A stretch of 63,842 nucleotides of DNA, filler included, from Octopus bimaculoides (taxonomy: Eukaryota), in NCBI RefSeq assembly GCF_001194135.2. It is 4 parts of 4 records of this genome, joined end to end, with 100 filler letters (N's around TTAATTAATTAA, not from the genome) between each part and the next. Parts side by side here need not be neighbours in the genome. Positions count along the whole stretch, not along the records: positions 1 to 28,494 come from NC_068981.1; 3 more parts are not named here. One strand, given 5' to 3'. Made by a program: the position numbers and the translations under genes. Positions 1 to 12,330 of the stretch are shown piece after piece; position 1 is the stretch's first letter, and each line of letters opens with the position of its first letter. Below the pieces are notes generated by a model. It ran no database searches, was not told where the DNA came from, and worked only from the letters and a program-made list of their open reading frames with translations.

Positions 1-1529
1 ATATATATATATATATATAGATGTATATGCTACTATATGTAAATATGATGAACTATTTCGTAGTAATGGGCATTTTTATACAAATATCTACACTGTGTCA
101 GATTCCAATGAAGTATTTCCTTGCTTCCTTGTGATCATTTTCCACAGTATATTTTAAGATAATAAATTGGTTTTGATGAGAAATCTGTACCTTGTATTGG
201 GTACTGTCCTCTCGTAATTTTTATTTATTTTTTATCAGCTAAATGTTATTTATGTATACGGCAATACACCCAATTTCATAACGGTTTGTTGACGATAAAA
301 TATTCTTGCCGTTGTTAGGAATCATTTTTCCTACACAAAATATATCTGAATGTCATTTATAGGATATATTCCGTGTATTCTAACATCCATTATCGTACAA
401 CCCATTCTCTACTTGGTCATTTTACACTATTTATATATTTTATGTTGTACATGATATTTTGCTGCATCAGTTATCTGATACATCACGTAGCATCGTTTGA
501 TTTTTAATAAAATACTTTTATTTACATTTTTGTTATAATATTTGCTTCATTTCCCCGAAGCATTAAAATATTTTGATGCTATTTATACTTAATCACTGAT
601 GACTGGAATTCGCTCAAGGCCAATTTTTGCTTGGGTGGGTGTATATTCGATCGATAGAAAAACTCCTTACAGGTACTTAATTTAACACCCAAAAATCGAT
701 TAACAGGTAATTCGACCGCTGAATGAGCTGCAATTTAAACGGTGAAGGATGTTCTGATATCTTGATTTCAAACCAATTTTACGGAGATACTTAGATAACG
801 AACAGAAAGTTTTTATACTAATTGGACTCCGTAATGTTTATACATTATAATTACTTATTTCTTAATTTACAATGATAGCTTCAAAAATTTTCAAGAAGAA
901 ATTAGATTAGTTTAAGGTGTATATATTGTTAATACAGTATATTCTAATTAATGTATTCTCGTAGTATATGTTGCATTGTCTTCCATTTATATCAGCTCAT
1001 GTGAAAACTTCAGTAAAACGATATAGTCAGCATTTTATAGTGATGAGATAAAAACTATGAAAATTCCATTCGTGATTTGAAGCATTACGTAAAAATCAAT
1101 AGATAATCCTTAATCAATGATTGTGTAGTTTGCATGAATTCTTCGAAAACTTCCTCCTGATGATATTCTTAGTAATGTGAATGAGAGATTTCCTTAGGAA
1201 AAGCAAGCGCCACAAAATACGTCAGATAAACTCTTCAGTTTCAGCGATTTCAGTAGCCAATGACAGCACACGATTCTGATGACCTTGACATAAAATCTTC
1301 TTATGAAATGTTGCATGATTTCTGAAAGGGTGCATCGAATTTGTTTGTGAGTTTCTTCGAATAATTATAGTGCTTCATTGTTACTGAGAATTATTCCGTC
1401 ATACATGCGCAGCGACTAAAACCCTGACTAAAACTCATACACACACGGGCGTGTATCCGTCTATGTATGTATATACGCACGTATGTATATGTATCACTCC
1501 CACAGACACACACGCACACTCTCTTCCTG

Positions 1530-1597
<68 letters not shown>

Positions 1598-4096
1598 TTA
1601 CAGACAAGAAGTATTAAGTTCCAACGACAGTCCGTGTAGGTTGGTGGTAAAATACTTCAGAAGAGGTAGCAACTGTCCGAGAGTAAACCAGAAAAGGGGA
1701 TGAGAATGTAAGAAAGGAAGAATTTCATTGAGGCAAGATGAAACTGTGGAGTGGGGGCACACACATTTTAAATGGTTTATAAATGTACAAAATCAGGCAA
1801 AAGACAGAGGCAAGTGAGGGATCAACATACAAGATGTATTAGTTTGACATCTTAGGAAAAAATGGAAGAATCATTGACATTTCGAGCCTACGCTCTTATA
1901 CAGAAAGGACTGAAGAGAGAAATTAGATGTAGAGAGACAAAACAAGAATCGTTTCTGGATTAACGGTCGCATATGTTGAATTGACCGAAAGGAAGAAAGA
2001 GTTTGGAGACAAAGTTGGCCAGAGAGATAACAGTAACGAGATGAAAGTCTGTGCGTGGAAGCATGTGTGTATATGTACATGTGTATATGTATGTATGGGC
2101 GGGTGTGTGAATGTGTGTGTAGATAAGCATGTGTGTGAGTCTGAAGATTATGTGGTGGTATGTATTTGTATGTATGAGGGCATGTGTGTGCCTGTGTGTG
2201 AATATGTGTATGTGTGCGAGTATATTAGTCCTCGGACGTAGAGCGATGTCTGCTTGTATGTTCCATTCATTTATTTTTGCCCCATGTCTATGTGTTGGGG
2301 GAGGGGGCCATCACATGTGTGCATGATTGAATGTAAACGTGTGTATGTGTAGCATTTACTGTGTGCGTGTATACTTTGGGCAAGCAACGTGCGTACTTGC
2401 ATGTGATCTTGTGTCATATTTTGATGTGTGTGAGTGTGTAACAGGCAGTCGGACATATGCGGGCGTGTGTGTGTTTGTATATAAAGTGTATGTGTGTGTG
2501 AATTATCTTTGTTTACGCGTATGTGAGCGGCTGTGCGTGTCCCTGTTATGTGCTGGTATGTGAATGCTATGCTGTTGAATTATGTGTGTGTGTATGGTGT
2601 TGATATTTGTGTGTATATTATGTGTTTGTGGGTAAGTATATATGCGTAAGGGCATTTGGATGTGTGTACTTGTGTGTGTGCGCGCGTTTCAGGCCATCTG
2701 AAGCATGTGTGTGTGTTGCAGGGGGTGTATATGAGGGGGTTTTCATGGATGGAGGTTTGAGGTGGAACATAGGTGACGGAATGTAGGGGCGGGGATGTGG
2801 GGGCTGTGTGAATATATAAACGTGAATATATAAATACCACGATACATGAGGGGAAGGAAATGACAGTTTGGGAGTTGGTTTGTATAGAGTGGAGAAAAAT
2901 GACTGTGTGGTGCGACATTTTCTCAACATTTTTCATTCTTTGCTTTTGCCTAGTAAACTTGACATTTCCCTGTATAACTACTCTAATTCATTCTTTAGAA
3001 TTTTTAGTGAATGACTCTACAATCACAAGTATCTGTTCTTTAATCAAGAAAAGCATCATGCCACAATTCTCAGATCTCTGGTGAAGGATCATCGGTGTGT
3101 TACTACTTCTCGGAAGAAGCGAATAACATTCCTGTTTTCATTTAATGATCTACGATATTTGTTAGATAGAAATAAATCACTGTTGTTTTCCGCTCCAATG
3201 AAACAATAGAGAAGAGATTGCCTCTCAATCGAAAATAGCTGGGTTCATCTTTATCAGCTTTTATCTGGACTATATTGACAAAATATACACATCCATTAAT
3301 AGACAGATATTTACGAGTATATGTGAGTACGCATAGATGTACTTGTAAATATATACATATAAGGCATCACAATACCACGAGATTATGGCACAAACACGAA
3401 ATAAGAAAGTGAATGTTAATCACGCGAAAACACTCAACCTAAAATTGTGGAAATATAATGCGAGTGGCTAACAGTCAAAGTGCGTACAATGAAGATGAAT
3501 TTTCAAAAGTAAGAAACAAAATAGAAGCTAGCATTTCAGGTGATGCACTTGAAAAACATAGAGGAGAAATTAATAGAGCAGGAAAAAAGAGAAAAATGTC
3601 CGAGGCCGAATACAAGTCGTGTGTTCACATGGACTAGGTCAGAATCAAAGCATGTAGTGGAAGAGAATGACCAGATATGGAGGCACATTCTGAGGTTAGT
3701 ATCAGGTTAAGTGGAGTGGAAGGATGGAGCAATGAAGAGAAACTCAAAAAGAGGAAAAAAAAAACTGTAAGAAGTGAAAGAAAATAGAAAGAGTGAATGA
3801 AGAGCCAAAAAAGAAAGATGGAAATGCACTAGCAAGTCTGGAAAAATAACAGATGTAGTGGAGACATCCTGATAGCAGTGTCCATGGAACTATAGATGAC
3901 TAGAACCATGTAGGTGTTGCCTGGGTTAGATGTTATATACTGTGATAGTTTGAATATTGGAGGATGAAATGTAATGTGTTAGTGTGTAGTTATAATATTA
4001 TGTTATTAGTATCAATTACCCTAGCGGGTGAGGAACCAAAGCTGAGAATCATTTGTTGTTGTTTTTGAGAGTGGAAAGAATTTGCTTTAGATTCTG

Positions 4097-4105
4097 CACA
4101 CACAC

Positions 4106-4171
<66 letters not shown>

Positions 4172-4230
4172 ACACACTCACACACACACACACACACACA
4201 CATATTATATATATGTATATATATATTACG
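4097..4230. repeat. (CA)n/(TA)n microsatellite, representative of dozens of CA, TA, GA and TATC arrays in the window
   Basis: Read directly from the sequence. Most N gaps are bordered by such arrays. Confidence 0.95.
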
Positions 4231-5863
4231 CTTACTTTGTGCAGAATCTAAAGCCTTTCGCAGCAACGGATTGAGAAATGTTGGCAATAATCCAATATGT
4301 ATATCCTTATGCCTATCTAAAACAATGGATATCATTTTGACATTTTGATTCCAATATCTATGTATTTAGGCACCACTATTTGGCAGAATTTGTATTACAT
4401 TTCACAAAATCTTATTAGGTATTGTTCCACCTTTATTCCCTATTTAAATCTCGTTTCACACTTCCTTTCCCAGATTTTCAGTTGAATGATTTCACAAATA
4501 TTTGCTGAGTATATGCTGCTATTTTGCCTCTCATTCAAACATATGAGGCTGGATATTGTACACATAACCGTCATATAATGCAATCTGCTAATCTAGTCAT
4601 TGGAATACACCTGTATACCAATCCCTAATGGAAGACATCCAGCGTAAAATTTATTATATGCTTATGGTAAGGTGAATTTGTTTTGATACAGAAATCTCAT
4701 TTACAGCCAAAGTATTTTCTTGTGTGCCGTATCTATTTAGCAAAACCTTCGAGCAGATGAGTAATAAAAGATGTTTCGAACTCAATATTTCTCTAAATAC
4801 ACTACTATTCATTTTCTTATATAATTTAAAAAGATATTCTTATTTTGTTTGCGTTTGAATATAAGCAGTTATTACTTATTTCATCAATCACTATTTGCAT
4901 AACTGCTTTTTATACATAGAAATTTTCAGAGCGTTAAATATTTAATGTTCTTTCTATGTCAACATAAGAATGATTGACTTTACATTTCTGTACAATATCT
5001 GTATGTACGAAGAGGTTAGCGATTGTATGATGCATTTCCCTCAGTAATCCTTTATATATACATANNNNNNNNNNNNNNNNNNNNNNNNNNNNNNNNNNNN
5101 NNNNNNNNNNNNNNNNNNNNNNNNNNNNNNNNNNNNNNNNNNNNNNNNNNNNNNNNNNNNNNNNNNNNNNNNNNNNNNNNNNNNNNNNNNNNNNNNNNNN
5201 NNNNNNNNNNNNNNNNNNNNNNNNNNNNNNNNNNNNNNNNNNNNNNNNNNNNNNNNNNNNNNNNNNNNNNNNNNNNNNNNNNNNNNNNNNNNNNNNNNNN
5301 NNNNNNNNNNNNNNNNNNNNNNNNNNNNNNNNNNNNNNNNNNNNNNNNNNNNNNNNNNNNNNNNNNNNNNNNNNNNNNNNNNNNNNNNNNNNNNNNNNNN
5401 NNNNNNNTATAGTTTTAAAATCAATAATTACGTGTCACATATTAGTAGAAAATTTTATATAAAGTTCTACCATATGCAGCATCGCACTCATATTTATAAA
5501 GTTGGAAAAAGACAAATTTTTAGAATTATATTCAAATATTTTTTAATAAAAATATAATAAGTCCAATATATAATGTTACATAAATTACTTTTAAATATAT
5601 TTATTTTTAGAATTACAAACACATCAAAATTGCTACAAATTATCTTAAACAATTATACGGAAAAAATATTAATTAATTACTATATGCACGCACATGTTTG
5701 CTAAAAACAATACTACAACCAAAGAGAAAGTAGAGCTATTAATACTCAGAAATATGAAATAATTTTTAATGTAAAAGTCACATTTAAGAACGCATAAATG
5801 TAAACCACAATATGTAAATATTTAATTAGTAAAACAATTATTATTTAGTATGTACGATGTAGT

Positions 5864-6218
5864 GGAGGCGCAATGGCCCAGTGGTTAGGGCAGCGGACTC
5901 GAAGTCATAGGATCGCGCTTTCGATTCCCAGACCGGGCGTTGTAGGTGTTTATCGAGCGAAAACACCTAAAGTTCCACGAGGCCCCGGCAGGGGATGGTG
6001 GCGAACACTGCTGTACTCTTTCACCAGAACTTTCTCTCACACTTACTTCCTGTTTCTGTTGTGCCTGTGTCACGCTGAATATCTCCGAGAATTACGTTAA
6101 GGGTACACGTGTCTGTGGAGTGCTCGGCCATTTGTACGTTAATTTCACGAGCAGGCTGCTCCGTTGATCGGATCAACTGGAACCCTCGATGTCGTAAACG
6201 ACGGAGTACCAGCAAGCA
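5864..6218 (+). mobile_element. tRNA-derived SINE
   Basis: Pol III A-box TGGCCCAGTGG (5874-5884) and B-box-like TTTCGATTCCC (5919-5929), followed by about 280 nt of non-tRNA body. CpG-rich. Confidence 0.75.
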
Positions 6219-7271
6219 AGATGTACGATGCTGCAAACAGAAATTTTTCCTGGGAAAATGAACATTCTTTGGTAAGAAACATAAAGTCAATATGTTTTAT
6301 TTGTGTCTGTGTATGTATGAATGTATGTATATATGTATGCATGTATACCTGCATGTATGTATTTTATGTGTGTGTGCGTGCACACGTGTGTGTATGCCTA
6401 TGTTTACATGTGTCTGTGTGTCAGTGTATGTTTCAGCTAATAAAGTCTGGTTAGACATATGTATACAGAAAGTAACATACACATACTTAAAATTCTCAAA
6501 CCATACAGAAATTACGACACCATGTTCACTAATAATCTTTATTAATATGCCTTTCTCAAGTGGAATATATTAGTATACAGCCTTTTTGGTTGGGGTTATA
6601 TCGTTTTGATAAAACTGTAACCGGAATTCCACTGATGAATTTCTTCCAGTCAATTTCCACTTTCATTTTTTCTAGAAATTGTTAAAATTAACAGAGTATG
6701 ATAAATTAAAAGGCTCTAAACGTACTAGCACTGATGTATTTTCTCTTGTTCTGGATTTGTAACCATATTTTGTCTAATTCGATGTAGTTTTCAGTTCCTA
6801 TAGGAGGTTTTCTATGATTAGTGTGACGTTTCATTAGTTGAGGGACATGAAAGTTGCAAATATGAAGAGAAAATTAAGTGTAGTTCTTTTGCAGGGAAAA
6901 GGGATGAAAAGTTAGTTGATTTGGCTGACAAAGCAGAAAAGTACAGGATGGAAGAAATGATGATTAAAACAGATAGTAAAAGATACAGTACATGCATAAA
7001 ATTTACTGATTATTTAGGTAACCATTCGTCTGAAACCCACTGGCTATTATATCATTTCAAGTTCATGAAGAAGTACATGAACCACAAAACCAATATTAAA
7101 ATCTATACCACTATAATTGGTAAGCTATTTTGGTAATTCAACTGCGGTAAAAAAAGAGAACATCGGGATAAGATATATATTTTTTTATTAATCCAGAAGA
7201 CAAAAACCACAAAAGTCGTAATCTCCACAAGCAGCAGAACATCTTTCAGCATCACTGCCATAAAAAGAAGA

Positions 7272-7420
7272 ATGAGAAGAAGAAGAAGAAGAAGAAGAAG
7301 AAGAAGAAGAAGAAGAAGAAGAAGAAGAAGAAGAAGAAGAACAACAACAACAACAACAACAACAACTGCAGCAGCAACAACAGCAGCAGCAGCAACAACA
7401 ACAACAACGATGACGACAAC
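7272..7420. repeat. Compound microsatellite (AAG)n(AAC)n(AGC/AAC)n
   Basis: Read directly from the sequence; source of the poly-R/T/A ORFs. Confidence 0.95.
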
Positions 7421-7479
7421 ACCATTAAGAAAAATAACAATAATAATCCTTTCTACTATAGGAAGAAGGCCTGACATTT

Positions 7480-7655
7480 TGGTGGAGTGAACCAGTTCAT
7501 TACATCGAACCAGTGCGTAACTGTTACTTAATTTAGCAAGCCCGAAAGGATAAAAAGCAAAGTGGACTCCGACAGCATTTGAACTCAGAACTTGAACACG
7601 CAAAATACTGCTAAGTATTTTGCCCGGCGTGATAACGCTTTTACCTCTCGCTGCA
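7480..7655 (-). mobile_element. SINE copy (family also seen at 20030-20620 and 23915-24090)
   Basis: Reverse complement matches the motif gttcaaat...gtccactttgctttttatcctttcgg...aagtaac(c)agtt shared with the other copies in the window. A further partial copy lies at about 7790-7905. Confidence 0.6.
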
Positions 7656-7674
7656 TTCAATAATAATATTACTA

Positions 7675-7680
7675 ATGATG

Positions 7681-7746
<66 letters not shown>

Positions 7747-7913
7747 GTGTTGGTAATTTCATACTACATAGACACCAGTGATGTAGTGGTACTTATTTTA
7801 TCGACCCAAAATCGACCTCAGCGAAATTTAAACGCAGAATGTGAACTCGGACGAAATGCAGCTAAGCATGTTTCAGGGCGTGCTAATGAGTCTGTCAGCT
7901 CGTCGTCTAATTT

Positions 7914-7967
<54 letters not shown>

Positions 7968-7997
7968 ATAGAAAAAAATAATAATAGCAATAATAAC

Positions 7998-8090
<93 letters not shown>

Positions 8091-8092
8091 AA
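7675..8092. repeat. Trinucleotide arrays (AAT)n, (TAG)n, (AAT)n, (AAG)n
   Basis: Read directly from the sequence. Confidence 0.95.
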
Positions 8093-8777
8093 TATATGCC
8101 ACACAAGTGGATGTGTGGGAAGAGGGTCGAAAGTGTGACCCACATTGTTAGTGATTGTGAAAGTCTTTCGCAGAAAGATTACAAGCGTAGACACGACAAA
8201 GTAGCCCAAAACATCCACTGGCTACTATGCCGCAAGTATGGATATGGCGTTACGAATGCTTGGTACCAACATACACCGGAAAAGGTAATGGACAAACAAA
8301 AATGGAAAGCAAAAATCCTCTGGGACTTCGATTTCCAGACAGACAAAATGTTAGAGTACCGAAAGCCGGATATAGTAACCTGTAGGAGGGACAAGCAAGA
8401 GTGCCTCATAATCGACGTAGCAATGCCAGATCGACATATCACCAGGAAAGAAAGCGAAAATATTGATATATATGGAAACCTGAGAATTGAGATCGATAAG
8501 ATGTAGCAGCTACGAGAGTGAAACATAATGGTTATCCCTTTTGTCATCCGATCATTGGGTTCCATACCGCCCAATCTAAAAAAAAACCCTAAAAACTTTA
8601 GAAACACCCTATAATCTAGATGAATTGCAACAGTCGGCTTTATTTGGAACTTCATACATATTGCGTAAAGTACTGTCTGTCGGAGGTCCTTGCTACGTCT
8701 TGACAAATATTACAAACACCCGGTAGACATAATATCTTCAATCAACAACCTCACGATATTTTATACTGTGCATCGTC

Positions 8778-8780
<3 letters not shown>
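8093..8780 (+). mobile_element. 5'-truncated R4/Dong-like non-LTR retrotransposon 3' end (zinc knuckle plus restriction-like endonuclease), decayed
   Basis: MCGKRVESVTHIVSDC (CCHC-type knuckle remnant), RRHDKVA, ILWDFDFQTD, RKPDIV...CLIIDVAMP, then SALFGTSYILRKVL after stops. Followed directly by (AAT)n. Confidence 0.8.

Positions 8781-8843
<63 letters not shown>
8780..8843. repeat. (AAT)n array at the LINE 3' junction
   Basis: Read directly from the sequence. Confidence 0.95.
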
Positions 8844-8844
<1 letters not shown>

Positions 8845-10584
8845 TCTGTGCTATCTTCCTCTCTCTCCGTGTCCTTGCAAGCCATCAATTTCCCACACGT
8901 TAGTAAGAAAATCATATACAGACAATTTTAAATACATTCACAGAAAATGCTGCGAGTGTAGACTAGTAACAAGACGTAAATTTTCAAAGTAAACAATCTT
9001 AAAGAGAAATGTAAAAACAGCAATCACTCAGAAAAGAAAGAAGGCGTCAATTAGGAAAAAAAATTAAACTCCGTCGAATTATAAAGCTTAATCATTGGCT
9101 AATACGGGCAAAATTCACAAGTTTTGTTTAAACTATAATTGTCATCAACATTTCATAAGTAAATGATGTTGTTAATGGACGTTACACAATTTTCATATTT
9201 TATTTATGAAGAATACATAGAAATTTAGGACGTTTTGTAAAATATTGATAGGAATAAGTGTAAAATTATAATTCTTGTTGATTCGTGACATTTAAGTTTT
9301 AGTTGTATATTATATATCATTATTGTAATCATAAATAACTACTTTAATAGTCTGTATATTTTGTGAAAATTTTTAATGGTTCCATTAAAATATTGTACAA
9401 TTTCTTTGTCATAATATACAAATACAGACATCCATAATATATACGTGAATAATACTTTACTTTCCTTCACTATTTTCCTATATGTATAGTAAATACATGA
9501 CTTTAAGTAAATGCATACATACACGCACAGACGTACGCGTAGGAATTTATGATTTACATCGACTCTGATACATTTGTAACTTCTATCTTTAGAAAAAGGG
9601 GAAATACACAAGCCATTGGCGGACATGTTATCTGTCTGGCCGGCAATATTTCCTTGGTTCAGAATCATGTATGAAAAGTTATCCTGTATGTATGTATGTA
9701 TGCATGTATGTGTGCCAAAATATGATAATTTTTCAGTTTACAATTATGGAAGTGTGGAAATTTGTGACCGATCGATTTGCTATTTTTTTCATTTTCAACA
9801 CACACACTCATACACACACACATATATAAATATATATATATATACATATATATTCATATAAATGTAAGANNNNNNNNNNNNNNNNNNNNNNNNNNNNNNN
9901 NNNNNNNNNNNNNNNNNNNNNNNNNNNNNNNNNNNNNNNNNNNNNNNNNNNNNNNNNNNNNNNNNNNNNNNNNNNNNNNNNNNNNNNNNNNNNNNNNNNN
10001 NNNNNNNNNNNNNNNNNNNNNNNNNNNNNNNNNNNNNNNNNNNNNNNNNNNNNNNNNNNNNNNNNNNNNNNNNNNNNNNNNNNNNNNNNNNNNNNNNNNN
10101 NNNNNNNNNNNNNNNNNNNNNNNNNNNNNNNNNNNNNNNNNNNNNNNNNNNNNNNNNNNNNNNNNNNNNNNNNNNNNNNNNNNNNNNNNNNNNNNNNNNN
10201 NNNNNNNNNNNNNNNNNNNNNNNNNNNNNNNNNNNNNNNNNNNNNNNNNNNNNNNNNNNNNNNNNNNNNNNNNNNNNNNNNNNNNNNNNNNNNNNNNNNN
10301 NNNNNNNNNNNNNNNNNNNNNNNNNNNNNNNNNNNNNNNNNNNNNNNNNNNNNNNNNNNNNNNNNNNNNNNNNNNNNNNNNNNNNNNNNNNNNNNNNNNN
10401 NNNNNNNNNNNNNNNNNNNNNNNNNNNNNNNNNNNNNNNNNNNNNNNNNNNNNNNNNNNNNNNNNNNNNNNNNNNNNNNNNNNNNNNNNNNNNNNNNNNN
10501 NNNNNNNNNNNNNNNNNNNNNNNNNNNNNNNNNNNNNNNNNNNNNNNNNNNNNNNNNNNNNNNNNNNNNNNNNNNNNNNNNNTA

Positions 10585-11200
10585 ACTTTTCGCCGGAGAG
10601 GTGAAGAGAAAGAAACTTTAAACTTTAGTGCTGACGACCCTACGACTGATGAGCGAAAGTAGTTTAGTTTGCATTAGGGGAAAATATTCTATAGTTGGGT
10701 TGTTCGTTAGTGGCGCAAATATCGATGTGTTCGCTTAATACTATTTTTCTGTATTCTCGTATTTTAATCTGGGATATATGTACTGACATCCTCTGTCGTA
10801 GACTGTTTTTAGGTTGGCCAATTCATTGTTCTTGGCACCCTGAGCAAGTTAATACATATATTAGGTTTTCCGAAGCACGTGTAAAGATGTTTTTCCCTGT
10901 AAAACTTTGATCATGTTTGAAGGAGAATTCTGATCCCTCAATTTGACACATATACTACAGTCAATTCTTCCGCATTTTTTCACTCTCGATTTGATGTTAT
11001 TGACGAGTGTACTTTTATTGACTTTTGCTCTTTATGATGGTTTGCGTTTGGAGGATTTTATCTGTTCTATGGACCCTTTTTAGGAATGGGATTTTCTGGA
11101 GGATGTACTCGAAGGCCTCATTGTTAAGGTGGTTGTACGTGATATACGTGATAATCTTTATTTAGTTTGGGCTAATGTTCCTGCTCAAACAATGAATAAT
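10585..11200 (-). mobile_element. Penelope-like element (Neptune-type GIY-YIG endonuclease) fragment
   Basis: Minus-strand translation with stops and frameshifts gives KCGRIDCSIC...ENLIYVLTCSGCQEQ*IGQPKNSLRQRMSVHISQIK...LSEHIDIC. Confidence 0.72.
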
Positions 11201-11222
11201 ATTTGTCTGACATGATATACAT

Positions 11223-11318
<96 letters not shown>

Positions 11319-11802
11319 NNNNNNNNNNNNNNNNNNNNNNNNNNNNNNNNNNNNNNNNNNNNNNNNNNNNNNNNNNNNNNNNNNNNNNNNNNNNNNNNNN
11401 NNNNNNNNNNNNNNNNNNNNNNNNNNNNNNNNNNNNNNNNNNNNNNNNNNNNNNNNNNNNNNNNNNNNNNNNNNNNNNNNNNNNNNNNNNNNNNNNNNNN
11501 NNNNNNNNNNNNNNNNNNNNNNNNNNNNNNNNNNNNNNNNNNNNNNNNNNNNNNNNNNNNNNNNNNNNNNNNNNNNNNNNNNNNNNNNNNNNNNNNNNNN
11601 NNNNNNNNNNNNNNNNNNNNNNNNNNNNNNNNNNNNNNNNNNNNNNNNNNNNNNNNNNNNNNNNNNNNNNNNNNNNNNNNNNNNNNNNNNNNNNNNNNNN
11701 NNNNNNNNNNNNNNNNNNNNNNNNNNNNNNNNNNNNNNNNNNNNNNNNNNNNNNNNNNNNNNNNNNNNNNNNNNNNNNNNNNNNNNNNNNNNNNNNNNNN
11801 NN

Positions 11803-12330
11803 GGTCATCTCATACGTTCTGTCCGAATTTTGAATAAAGAAAACAATTGATCAAATGTTCTGAAGATTGATGATGAACAGTTGTATGGTTTCAACTAAGC
11901 TTTATTGCCAATTCTTCAACTGATAAGGCGGGATTTTCTTCAACTGGACGTCCTGTTCGATCTTCATCTTCAAATCTGTAATCTCCACTTCTGAATTTTG
12001 CAAACCATCTTCTGCAGTTTCTTTCATTCAAGCATTCTTTCCCAGAAACTGAGTGTATGTTTCCAATCGATTCGGCTGCAGAGTTTCCTTTTTTGTTTTC
12101 ATAAATCATTATGTGCCTTAAATGCTCTTTGGATAAATCCATGTTAGAAAGGGTTTTAATCAAAGAAATGTTAATTCTATTATTCTATAATGTAGTATTT
12201 ACTTAGTTTCAATGTACACAAACGCATGAAAAATAATTTTTAATTACATTCAGCATTCTAAAATACTGTTAAATTTCATTCATTTTTGAAAAAGGTAAAA
12301 TCAGACAGAACTTATGGGATGATCCGATTT
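11803..12330 (-). mobile_element. Internally deleted mariner (transposase N-terminal HTH only)
   Basis: ORF MDLSKEHLRHIMIYE...RRWFAKFRSGDYRFEDEDRTGRP. About 25-bp imperfect inverted ends: ggtcatctcatacgttctgtccga on the left versus tcagacagaacttatgggatgatcc on the right. Confidence 0.8.

Noticed and set aside
5023-5424. ORFs made of X runs (also 9777, 11203, 18119, 53545, 61554 and others)
   Set aside because: They only span N gaps.
5864-5940. Possible tRNA gene
   Set aside because: A and B boxes are present, but there is no closing acceptor stem and it continues into a SINE body.
7103-8218. Long poly-L/R/I/Y/T ORFs and the many HT/YI/CV/SL-repeat ORFs elsewhere
   Set aside because: These are translations of di- and trinucleotide microsatellites.
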